From: Candidatus Latescibacterota bacterium
GTDB taxonomy: Bacteria; Latescibacterota; UBA2968; GCA-2709665
DNA: 64,000 nt
Direction of reading: 5' to 3'
NCBI GenBank assembly: GCA_965208835.1
Contig: OZ242358.1
Location: 1,344,001 to 1,408,000 of the forward strand
Shown here: piece by piece, positions 38,255 to 47,166 of the stretch
Layout of the letters: every line of letters starts with the position of its first letter
Position numbering within the stretch: position 1 is the first letter of the stretch
Program-made: the position numbers and the translations under genes
The notes under the pieces: model-generated
Told to the model about the DNA's origin: nothing
The model's input: only the letters and a program-made list of their open reading frames with translations
The model's database searches: none

Positions 38255-39901
38255 ATGCAGTCCATTGCAGAGTATCTCAGCGGCAAGACGCTGTTTGTAA
38301 CCGGCGCGACGGGGTTTCTGGCGAAGGGATTCGTGGAGAAGATCCTGTTTTCCGCGCCCGAGGTGGCGCGGATCTATCTCCTGATTCGGCCGCGGTCGCG
38401 TTCCAACGGCCAGCTTGTCTCCGACGCGGAACGTCTGGAGACCGAAATCCTTCAGTCCCGCGCGTTCGAAAGGCTGCGTGAGAGGTGGGGTGGGGCGTTT
38501 TCCGCCGTGATGGCGGATAAGCTCGTCGCGGTCGCCGGCGATCTGACCGAAGACGGGCTGGGGATTGCCGCCGATCAGCGCGAGCGTCTTGTCGAGGAAG
38601 TCGATTTTGTCGTCAATTTCGCCGGGACGGTTGTATTCGACGAGCCCATCGACAGCGCCCTCGAGCAGAATGCAATGGGGGCCGCCCGCGTCGTCACCTT
38701 CGCGAAGGCCTGCCGGAAAGCCGCGCTCGTTCATGTATCAACCGCGTACGTGAGCGGAAAGCGCACCGGCCGGATACCCGAAGCGCCGTTTCCCCAGGAC
38801 CGGAGCGTTTCGGACCTCATCAACGGAAGCGCCGCCGGCTTCGACCTGCAGGGCGAGATCGACGCCATCCGGGCTTTCACCCTGGAAGTCGAGGAGGCAT
38901 CCAGAAAGCCCGACCTCGAAGCGGCGTTCCTGAAGCAACTCCGGCGGCAGGACCGTGGAAAACGCGTTACCGACTACCGGAAGGCCCACCAGGTTGAAGC
39001 CCTTCGCCAGTGCTGGATCCGGAAGCAGCTGGTGGACGAAGGGATGCGGCGTGCGAGGCGCCACGGCTGGAACGACAGCTACACGCTCACCAAGGCGATG
39101 GGTGAGCAGCTGATCGCAAAGTCTCGGGGAAACCTTCCAACGGCCATCGTCCGGCCGTCAATCGTGGAGAGCAGCCTCGAGGACCCGGTACCCGGCTGGG
39201 TGGAGGATTTGAAAGTCGCCGACCCGCTGATCGTCCACTACGGCAAGGGCCGTCTGTCGAATTTTCCGATCGATCCCGGAATTGTACTGGATATCATACC
39301 CGTCGACGTCCTGAACAACGCCGTTGCGGCGGTTCTTCCGCAAGTACACGGGTCGGAGGAGATGAAGGTCTACCATGTGGCCTCGGGCTCGCAGAATCCG
39401 GTTCTGGCGAGTGAAATGGTCGATCTTGTTTACGGGTATTTCAAATCTTCGCCCATGCAGGACCGAAGCGGGCGACCCATCGACGTCAGGCCCTGGCAGT
39501 TCATCAGCCAGCGTCGGTTCAATTGTCTGGTCGCACTGAAATACAAGCTTCCGCTTGGCCTGTTGAAAGCGGCCGTGGACTATCTGCCCGCACAATGGGT
39601 TTCCCGTTACAGGCGCCGGGTAACCGGCATGGAGGCCGTTCTGGTGCGGCTTGAGTCCCTGGTCGATACCTATTGTGGGTACACCCACCTCGATTGCGAG
39701 TTCGAAACGGAGAATACGCGCCGGCTGTACCTGGCGCTGAATCCCGAAGATCAGAAGGTGTTCAACTTCGACGTGACGCGCATCAACTGGCCGGAGTACA
39801 TCCAGGAGATCCACATCCCGGGATTGAAACACCATGTATTGAAAGAGGGGGACGGGGCGGTTTCCGTGGTGGCCGCCGAAGCTGACGGGCCGCACAATTG
39901 A
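38255..39901 (+). CDS. fatty acyl-CoA reductase (alcohol-forming, FAR/male-sterility family)
   Basis: TGATGFLAK, HVSTAYV, YTLTK, IVRPSIV, DIIPVD, C-terminal Sterile domain FNFDVTRINWPEYIQEIHIPGL. Confidence 0.92.
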   Translation: MQSIAEYLSGKTLFVTGATGFLAKGFVEKILFSAPEVARIYLLIRPRSRSNGQLVSDAERLETEILQSRAFERLRERWGGAFSAVMADKLVAVAGDLTEDGLGIAADQRERLVEEVDFVVNFAGTVVFDEPIDSALEQNAMGAARVVTFAKACRKAALVHVSTAYVSGKRTGRIPEAPFPQDRSVSDLINGSAAGFDLQGEIDAIRAFTLEVEEASRKPDLEAAFLKQLRRQDRGKRVTDYRKAHQVEALRQCWIRKQLVDEGMRRARRHGWNDSYTLTKAMGEQLIAKSRGNLPTAIVRPSIVESSLEDPVPGWVEDLKVADPLIVHYGKGRLSNFPIDPGIVLDIIPVDVLNNAVAAVLPQVHGSEEMKVYHVASGSQNPVLASEMVDLVYGYFKSSPMQDRSGRPIDVRPWQFISQRRFNCLVALKYKLPLGLLKAAVDYLPAQWVSRYRRRVTGMEAVLVRLESLVDTYCGYTHLDCEFETENTRRLYLALNPEDQKVFNFDVTRINWPEYIQEIHIPGLKHHVLKEGDGAVSVVAAEADGPHN

Positions 39902-40014
39902 GGTTTGGGGTTCAGGACCGCCATCACTCGTGAGTTTACCCGACGGGGATGCGAACGGGGCGAACCCGAACCAGGCATAGGCGGTCTTTCAGCCTCTTTC
40001 ACGACAGGCGATTT

Positions 40015-41952
40015 ATGGATCGAAACAAGAAAATCCCCATGCACCAGCTGCTGTTGCGGGATCCGGACGGACTGCATGCAGCATATGATCAGGCTGCCTC
40101 GGAGTTGATCGAAGCGGTCCGGCCCGAAGGCTATTTCGAGGGCTGGACGGCGGGAGAGCTGACGTGGCCGTCCGGCGGCGCGGATCAGATCGGCCTGGGA
40201 GGCCTGCTTAAGCGTTCGCGAATCGTGGAGGCGATCTATAATGGCGTTCCCGCACTGCGGGAGCGGCGTCTGAAGGAGGCGCACGACCACTTCGTCGAAT
40301 TGACGCCGGCCTACCACGAGGGGAACCGGATCTATTTGCGGTTGCGGGATGAGTTCGTCGGCAGCGGCGCCGGAACGGGCCTGGATTTCCTGAAGCTATA
40401 CCAGTCGCTGTACGTTGAGGCGCTTGCAAAAGGAGATGATTTCTCGCCCGACCTGGCCGAAACAACATTGGCACAGGCCGGGATTTCACGGGTACCGCTG
40501 TCCCACGCCAGAGCCGTTGCGGAAGCGCTGCCGAGTGTGGCGACGGACGATTCGCGCTGGCAGGTCGAATACGCCTGCGCGGTGAACGGCGAAACATGGA
40601 ATGGATCCCTCCGGGAACTTCTGCAAGACGTGGCGCAGCGGACGTTGCACCTGATTGCCGCCGGAGAGCTTCTGGCCACGCGCTACAACACGTACAATAA
40701 CCTGGGCTGGTTCGGCAGTTCGGTGTGGAAGGTGGTCGCGGATGCCGATGTGCGGCTGTACCAGATGGAGGTTTCGGATCCGTCGCGCCTGGCGGCCCTG
40801 AAGACGGACGTTGATCTGGGCAGGAGCATGCTCGTGGAGTTTCTCGCGGCACACCGGGAGAATCCCGCCAGGCTGAGGCCGGAGAACTACTGGTACGGGC
40901 AGCCGTACAGCTATCTCACGCGGGACATGATCGACCTGAGCGTCCGGATCGTGGACGGTGTGAATTCTGCGGTACGAGAACGGGAGGGGCATTCGGAATT
41001 GGCGCTCCCTCCGCTGCTGGCCGGTGCCCATACGGGTCGATTCCTGGAATATGCTCACGTCGGCGTAACGGAGGAACTGACGTCCTTCCAGCGCAAAATC
41101 CGGATGTTGCGGTGGGCGAGGCGCTGCTGGCGGGTCGGGCGGCGCCGGAAACGCATCGCGGAGGAGGACCTCACGCCGTCAATGCGGCATGAGCGCGCGT
41201 GGGAGGTCTGGCTGGACTGGTCCCGCGACACGATGAATGCCTTCGGCATCCGGCTGGAAGTGACCATAGCACCCATGTTCCGGACGCTTGTCAGAGAGAT
41301 GGACCTTTCCGCCGGTGGCCAGAGGATCCTGTTTCTGCCTTCCCACCAGAGCATGCTGGAACACTTCGTTGTGTTTTCGGTTTTCAATGACCCGTTGTTT
41401 CTGGACGCGATGGGGTGGGAACGTTCCCGTCCGGTAGTTCAACTTGCCCGGACGGGACTTGCGAAGTCGACGTCGGTGAAGATCGGATCGCGCGAGATCA
41501 GCATCTTCGGCATGTCACCGGACAAATTCGACAGGATGTTCGAGACCGTGGACGGCTTTATCACCAGGGACAGCGTCGATATCTCATCCCATACGATTCC
41601 ACGCATCCTGCAGGAGATGGAACGCCGTCCCGGTGTGATCTATCCGATGGGAACAACGGCTTCGTTCGACGTACAGCTGTTCCCGCTCCAGCACGCGCTG
41701 TTCGCGAAGCTCCCCCAGGACGTGGTGATGATTCCCATCGTCTTTCGGGGCAGCCACGCGCTATGGCCGAAGTGCCCGGCGCGCAATCTGAATATCAATC
41801 CGGGTGTGATCGAGGCGGTGATCCTGCCCCCTATGCCGGGCGAGACCACGTTGCTGCCCCGACGCCGGTCGCTGCGAATCCAGCTGGAAGCCGCCAATCT
41901 GCTTCAGGCGGTGCATGTTTCCAATTTGCTGAATCCGGAGCCGTCCCGGTGA
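40015..41952 (+). CDS. atypical glycerolipid acyltransferase (PlsC/GNPAT-like C-terminal domain, unknown N-terminal domain)
   Basis: ILFLPSHQSMLE (HxxxxD-like), GFITR, VIYPMGT (FPEGT-like), MIPIVFRG; start uncertain (39949/40015/40039). Confidence 0.65.
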   Translation: MDRNKKIPMHQLLLRDPDGLHAAYDQAASELIEAVRPEGYFEGWTAGELTWPSGGADQIGLGGLLKRSRIVEAIYNGVPALRERRLKEAHDHFVELTPAYHEGNRIYLRLRDEFVGSGAGTGLDFLKLYQSLYVEALAKGDDFSPDLAETTLAQAGISRVPLSHARAVAEALPSVATDDSRWQVEYACAVNGETWNGSLRELLQDVAQRTLHLIAAGELLATRYNTYNNLGWFGSSVWKVVADADVRLYQMEVSDPSRLAALKTDVDLGRSMLVEFLAAHRENPARLRPENYWYGQPYSYLTRDMIDLSVRIVDGVNSAVREREGHSELALPPLLAGAHTGRFLEYAHVGVTEELTSFQRKIRMLRWARRCWRVGRRRKRIAEEDLTPSMRHERAWEVWLDWSRDTMNAFGIRLEVTIAPMFRTLVREMDLSAGGQRILFLPSHQSMLEHFVVFSVFNDPLFLDAMGWERSRPVVQLARTGLAKSTSVKIGSREISIFGMSPDKFDRMFETVDGFITRDSVDISSHTIPRILQEMERRPGVIYPMGTTASFDVQLFPLQHALFAKLPQDVVMIPIVFRGSHALWPKCPARNLNINPGVIEAVILPPMPGETTLLPRRRSLRIQLEAANLLQAVHVSNLLNPEPSR

Positions 41953-42038
41953 TGCGTCGGGACGTCCCCAACAGCCGTCATTGAATTTCGCTGTCGAATA
42001 CATGTGGTCCGGCCGCTTGCGGTCGTCTGGAGTCCGTT

Positions 42039-43886
42039 ATGCCTGACTGGGGAGCAGCAACGGTTGCCGTAGCGGTTGTCCTGGTGTTTGCGCACCTGTC
42101 GAACCGGAGGCGATCCGGAAACGAACCGGATGATTTCTTCGATCATTCGGAAGGAGAACGGTTCCCCCACAAGTGGGGGTACACGGATACGCGCTTCGAG
42201 TTTGTAGACGATCGGACGGTGAAGGTAACCGGGAGCAGGTACCCGATTTCGGGGTATCGGATGCCGTTTCTGCTGGACTTTGTGGAGGACGTGTTGGGGA
42301 TTACAATCCGACGGGAAGACTCGTACGCGGAACGCGAGGACGTCGATGCGCCCGAGCCGAATCTCGACGCCGCGTTCGGCAACGCGCTGAAAGAACGGTT
42401 TGGAGACGGGCAGGTTTCATTCGATTCCAAAACCAGGCTCGTGCACAGCCACGGGCAGCTGAGCGTTGAAGAAGTGTACCGGGTGATGTACGGGGATTCA
42501 CTGTCCAGGCTGGTCGATCTGGTGTTCTATCCGGAGGAAGAGGCCGATGTAAAGGCCATGATCGACCTGGCTAACGAGCACGACGTCTGCCTGGTGCCCT
42601 ACGGCGGAGGGACGAATGTGAGCGGGGCGCTGGCGTGTCCGCCCGACGAGCGGCGCACGATTGTGTCCGTGGATATGCGGCGGATGGACCGGGTTCTCTG
42701 GATCGACGAGGGGAATCTGCAGGCGTGCGTCGAAGCGGGCATTTCCGGAAAGTCGCTGGAGCGGGTATTGGGGGAGCGGGGGTATACGTCGGGGCACGAT
42801 CCCGACAGCGTGGAACTCTCCACGATGGGCGGGTGGATCTCAACCAACGCGAGCGGGATGAAGAAGAACCGTTACGGTAATATAGAGGATATTGTACTCG
42901 AGGCGACGCTGGTAACGCCCACCGGGGAGATTGCGACCCGCGTGGTGACGCCGAGGAATTCCACGGGCGTTCAGCCCAGGGGCCTGCTGTTCGGCAGCGA
43001 AGGCAATTTCGGTATTATCACTACGGCGGTGATCAAGATTCATCCGATCCCGGAGGCGCGCAGGTACGGAGCACTTGTGTTTCCGGCATTCGAGAAGGGC
43101 GTCGCGTACCTGAAGGCGCTACGGCAGACCGGGATGCTGCCCGCGAGCATCCGCCTGGTCAACAATAATGAGTTCCGGTTCGGCCAGGCCCTGAAACCGG
43201 CGCCGAAATTCCTGAAGGGCGTCAAGGAACGGCTTCAGAAGTTCGTCCTGTTGAAGGTGCTGGGTTTCGATCCGATGAAGATGGCGGCATGCACCATCGT
43301 GATGGAGGGCACGAACGACGAGGTCGGCCAGCAGGAACGCACGATCTTCAGCCTGGCGAAGGAGTACGGCGCCAAGAGCGCGGGCGCGAGCAACGGCAAG
43401 CGAGGATACTCGCTTACGTTCGGCATCGCCTATATACGAGACTTTCTGAACCAGTACGGCATTCTGGGCGAAACCTTTGAGACGTCGGTGCCGTGGGACC
43501 GGATTCACCAGGTGTGCGATGCGGTTTCCGGCGAACTGGTCGCCCAGGCCGGCAGACACGACGTCCCGGGCAAGCCCTATCTGTCGTACAGGGTAACGCA
43601 GACCTATCATACCGGCGTCTGTATCTATTTCACCATGGGCATCTACGGCAAGGGCCTGGAACAGCCCGGCCGGACGTTTCACGCGATCGAACACCAGCTG
43701 CGGCAGGTTATCCTGGACAACGGGGGGTCGCTGTCGCACCACCACGGCGTTGGCAAGGTGAGAAGGGATTTCCTCCCGCAGATCCAGACCGATAACAGCA
43801 TGCAGGTTATGCGCCAGGCGAAAAACGCGATGGATCCGAACAACATCTTCGGGATCCGGAATGGCGTGTTTGGCAATTCGGGCTAA
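42039..43886 (+). CDS. agpS: alkyl-dihydroxyacetonephosphate synthase (AGPS/ADPS), FAD-dependent
   Basis: KWGYTD, PYGGGTNVSGAL, GHDPDSVELSTMGGWISTNASGMKKNRYGNIED, GSEGNFGII, GETFETSVPW, RVTQTY, SLSHHHGVGK. Confidence 0.92.
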   Translation: MPDWGAATVAVAVVLVFAHLSNRRRSGNEPDDFFDHSEGERFPHKWGYTDTRFEFVDDRTVKVTGSRYPISGYRMPFLLDFVEDVLGITIRREDSYAEREDVDAPEPNLDAAFGNALKERFGDGQVSFDSKTRLVHSHGQLSVEEVYRVMYGDSLSRLVDLVFYPEEEADVKAMIDLANEHDVCLVPYGGGTNVSGALACPPDERRTIVSVDMRRMDRVLWIDEGNLQACVEAGISGKSLERVLGERGYTSGHDPDSVELSTMGGWISTNASGMKKNRYGNIEDIVLEATLVTPTGEIATRVVTPRNSTGVQPRGLLFGSEGNFGIITTAVIKIHPIPEARRYGALVFPAFEKGVAYLKALRQTGMLPASIRLVNNNEFRFGQALKPAPKFLKGVKERLQKFVLLKVLGFDPMKMAACTIVMEGTNDEVGQQERTIFSLAKEYGAKSAGASNGKRGYSLTFGIAYIRDFLNQYGILGETFETSVPWDRIHQVCDAVSGELVAQAGRHDVPGKPYLSYRVTQTYHTGVCIYFTMGIYGKGLEQPGRTFHAIEHQLRQVILDNGGSLSHHHGVGKVRRDFLPQIQTDNSMQVMRQAKNAMDPNNIFGIRNGVFGNSG

Positions 43887-43900
43887 TCTGTTGTTCTCGC

Positions 43901-43934
43901 GACGTACGGGCGACGCATGCGTCGCCCGTACGTC
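43901..43934. repeat. perfect 34 bp palindrome (REP-like)
   Basis: GACGTACGGGCGACGCA|TGCGTCGCCCGTACGTC between AGPS and SDR. Confidence 0.85.
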
Positions 43935-43952
43935 TGTAGATCGGGTTTCCTA

Positions 43953-44762
43953 ATGTTCAACGGAAAGATCGTCGCGATAACCGGCGCTTCATCGGGCCTT
44001 GGGGCAACACTGGCGCTGGCGTTCGCGGATGCGGGCGCGGACGTTGCGCTGTTCGCCCTGGACGAGGGGGTACAGGATACCGCGGAAGCGTGTCGAGAGC
44101 GGGGCAGCCGCGCCATTACGGCCACGGGCGACGTGGGAAAACCCGATGACTGCGAGGCATGGATCGACGCGGCGGTTTCCGAGTTCGGGGCCGTGGACTA
44201 CCTGGTAGCCTGCGCAGGGATCAGCATGTGGGCGCGGTTTGACGAGGTGGAGGACGTGGCGATTTTCCGCAAGTTGATGGAAACGAACTACCTGGGCATT
44301 GTACACTGCGTGTATTATGCGCTCCCCCATCTGAAGGCGCGTGACGGGATGGTGGTGGCGATTTCTTCCATCCAGGGAAAGATCGGCGTACCCCTGCATA
44401 CAGGGTACGTGGCGTCCAAGCACGCGGTGCAGGGATTCTTCGAGTCTCTGCGGACGGAGTTGCTGGACACCGGCGTGGACGTGCTGACGGTACTGCCCCA
44501 CTGGCTGCGGGGCACGAATCTGCGCAAAGCGGCCTTCGGCAGGGACGGCGGTTCTCTTGGCGGGTCCAGCCGCAAGCACAGCAAAGAGTCCATTTCTCTG
44601 GACGACGCGAGCGAGGCCATCATCGAAGCGATGAAGAAACGAAAACGCGAGTTGATCATTCCGTTCAAGCTCCGATTCCTGCCCTGGCTGCATCTGATCA
44701 ATCCTAAAATTGTCGAATACCTGGTCACGCGCGGGGTGTCGAAGCAGGAGAAGGGGGAGTAG
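43953..44762 (+). CDS. SDR oxidoreductase, DHRS7/DHRS7B-like (candidate acyl/alkyl-DHAP reductase)
   Basis: TGASSGLG, METNYLG, VAISSIQGKIGVPLHTGYVASKHAVQGFFESLRTEL. Confidence 0.85.
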   Translation: MFNGKIVAITGASSGLGATLALAFADAGADVALFALDEGVQDTAEACRERGSRAITATGDVGKPDDCEAWIDAAVSEFGAVDYLVACAGISMWARFDEVEDVAIFRKLMETNYLGIVHCVYYALPHLKARDGMVVAISSIQGKIGVPLHTGYVASKHAVQGFFESLRTELLDTGVDVLTVLPHWLRGTNLRKAAFGRDGGSLGGSSRKHSKESISLDDASEAIIEAMKKRKRELIIPFKLRFLPWLHLINPKIVEYLVTRGVSKQEKGE

Positions 44763-44805
44763 CGGGTATGGCCGGCGGACCGGAGGCAGAAGCGCGGGGA
44801 AGGAT

Positions 44806-45495
44806 TCAGAAGAAGACGCCGTCCAGGTCCACGTGTTGTTCAATGAGGCCGGGCAGGCATCCGGTGTCTCCGGCGTCCACGTCCACGCCGGGATCGTAGG
44901 GCACGGTGCCCAGGGAGCGGACGCCGGACAGTCGGGAAATCACTTCCGGGCTGGTGCGGGCGGCACGCGGATCTCCGGTGCCGGTGGTGTTGTAGACGAC
45001 GCCGATGACCTCCTGATTGCGTCTGTCCGCCGCTTCGAGCGTCAGCATCGTGTGGTTGATCGTGCCCAGCGCGGCGCGGGCGACCACCAGCAGCGGCAGG
45101 TCCAGGCGGCGGGCAAGGTCCGCGACCAGGAAGTCGTCCCGGATGGGTACCAGCAGGCCGCCCACACCCTCCACCAGGACGATATCGTGAAGGCGTGTCA
45201 AGCGGCTGTAGGCATCGTCGATGGGTTCCAGCGGAATCTGGCGGCCTTCCAGTTCGGCCGCTACGTTGGGCGACAACGGCGCTTCGAGGCGGACGGGATT
45301 GACGAGTTCGAGAGCATCGGTGACGCCGGCTGCCTCTGACAGAAGCCGCGCGTCGGCCGTTCCGCCCGAGGAGACGGGCTTGAAGACGCCCACGTCGACG
45401 CCGCGTCCCCGCAATAATGCCGCGATCCCGGCGGTAACGGTTGTTTTGCCCGCGCCGGTGTCCGTGGCGGTAACGAAGACTCCCCTGAATCTCAT
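44806..45495 (-). CDS. bioD: dethiobiotin synthase
   Basis: TATDTGAGKT, FKPVSSG, VEGVGG, LGTINH. Confidence 0.95.
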   Translation of the reverse strand: MRFRGVFVTATDTGAGKTTVTAGIAALLRGRGVDVGVFKPVSSGGTADARLLSEAAGVTDALELVNPVRLEAPLSPNVAAELEGRQIPLEPIDDAYSRLTRLHDIVLVEGVGGLLVPIRDDFLVADLARRLDLPLLVVARAALGTINHTMLTLEAADRRNQEVIGVVYNTTGTGDPRAARTSPEVISRLSGVRSLGTVPYDPGVDVDAGDTGCLPGLIEQHVDLDGVFF

Positions 45496-45609
45496 AGTGG
45501 TTAGTTTTCCGTCAAGTCGGACGAGTCCGGCCGGGAATGTCGTGATTACGCATCAGGCCGCCGTCAGGCGACCTTTCAACAATGGCGCGCGGGCGGGACC
45601 CGGCTGCGG

Positions 45610-46977
45610 TTACGCCTGATTCGTCACGACGCTGATGGACTCGTAGACGATGTCCAGCAGCTTTTCGAGTTCGCGGTCGGAAATGGACAGCGGCGGCATG
45701 AGGACAATGGTGTCGCCCAGAGGCCGAATGAGAAGACCCCGTTTTCGGGCTTCGCCGCAGACGCGGGCGCCGGTCCTGTCTTCGGGGGGATACGGTCGGC
45801 CGCCGGATCTGTCGGCAATCAGTTCGACTCCGGAGATGAAGCCGCACTGGCGAACGTCTTTTACGTGGGCCAGGGTCCTGAAGCGTCCGAGTCCTTGCGT
45901 GAGAAGATTGATTTTCGGGCGCAGTGACGCCAGAACGTTATGGGTTTCGAAGTGCCGGATGGCGGCCAGCGCCGCCGCGCATCCGAGCGGATTGCCGGTG
46001 TACGTGTGGCCGTGAAAAAACGTCCGGCCTTCGTTGTCTTCGCCCAGAAAGGCATCGAAGATTTCACCGGTGGTGAGTGTGGCGGCTACGGGCAGGTAAC
46101 CTCCCGTGATGCCCTTGCCCAGGCAGAGAATATCCGGCGCGACGTCTTCTTTCTCACATGCGAACATGGTGCCGGTGCGGCCGAAGCCGGTGGCGATTTC
46201 ATCGGCGATGAGCAGGACGTCGTGGTCCCTGCAGAGGTCGGCGATGCCCTTAAGATAGCCTTCCGGATGAACCAGAATCCCGCCCGCGCCCTGGATGAGC
46301 GGCTCGACGATGAAGGCGGCGATGCGGTGGGCCTCCCGTTTGAGGATATCCTCGACCGCGCGCAGACTGCCTCGGTCGCGTTCATTTCGGCGGGCACCGT
46401 GCGTGCGGCGAAATTCATGGGGCGACGGGGCGGTCAGCGACGGAAAGAGGAGCGGGCCGTACGCCTCGTGGAAGAGGCTGATGTTTCCCACGCTCATCGC
46501 GCCGATGGTGTCGCCGTGATAGCTCTTCTCAAGGCTGAGAAAACTCGTCTTCTCCTGTTTCGGATCCGGCTTCTGACGCCAGTACTGGAAGGCGATTTTG
46601 AGGGCGATTTCCACGGCGCACGCGCCGGTGTCCGAGTAGAACACGTGGTCGAGTCCCCGGGGTGTGATTTCCACGAGTTTTTCGGCCAGCCGGATCGCGG
46701 GTATGTTTGAAAGACCCAACAGGGTGCTGTGCGCGACCTGATCCAGTTGTCCGCGAACGGCGTCGTCGATTTCCTTGACGCGGTGACCGTGTACGTTGCA
46801 CCACATCGAGGAGTAGCCGTCGAGGTACCGGTTGCCGTCGATATCCTCCAGATAGACGCCGTCGGCGCGCGCGATGATAATGGGATCCTCGCCCGCGTAG
46901 GTGAGCATCTGCGTGAACGGGTGCCACACCAGACGGCGGTCCAGGTCTTTGAGGCGGGCCTTGTCTTCCGGGGACAT
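45610..46977 (-). CDS. bioA: adenosylmethionine-8-amino-7-oxononanoate aminotransferase
   Basis: VWHPFTQM, YHGDT, DEIATGFGRTG, LGKGITGGYLP, FFHGHTYTGNP. Confidence 0.95.
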   Translation of the reverse strand: MSPEDKARLKDLDRRLVWHPFTQMLTYAGEDPIIIARADGVYLEDIDGNRYLDGYSSMWCNVHGHRVKEIDDAVRGQLDQVAHSTLLGLSNIPAIRLAEKLVEITPRGLDHVFYSDTGACAVEIALKIAFQYWRQKPDPKQEKTSFLSLEKSYHGDTIGAMSVGNISLFHEAYGPLLFPSLTAPSPHEFRRTHGARRNERDRGSLRAVEDILKREAHRIAAFIVEPLIQGAGGILVHPEGYLKGIADLCRDHDVLLIADEIATGFGRTGTMFACEKEDVAPDILCLGKGITGGYLPVAATLTTGEIFDAFLGEDNEGRTFFHGHTYTGNPLGCAAALAAIRHFETHNVLASLRPKINLLTQGLGRFRTLAHVKDVRQCGFISGVELIADRSGGRPYPPEDRTGARVCGEARKRGLLIRPLGDTIVLMPPLSISDRELEKLLDIVYESISVVTNQA

Positions 46978-47166
46978 AATAGCGCGAATGGAAAGGTGGG
47001 AAGGTATGCAGCGGGTGAATCTGTATTCCGGACGTTTGCCAGTGGCTCCGGGCGTCGGATTGCCGCCGTAACTATCTCAATGGCAACATGCGCCGGGGAC
47101 CTGCACGGTCGGCTCCCGTGGCAGTGCGCCGGGGTTCTCCTCCGATCCGAATTCCCCTGTGTGCGG

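Noticed and set aside
46978-47166. Riboswitch or operator upstream of bioA
   Set aside because: Only a short direct repeat (TGCGCCGGGG twice); no recognisable consensus.
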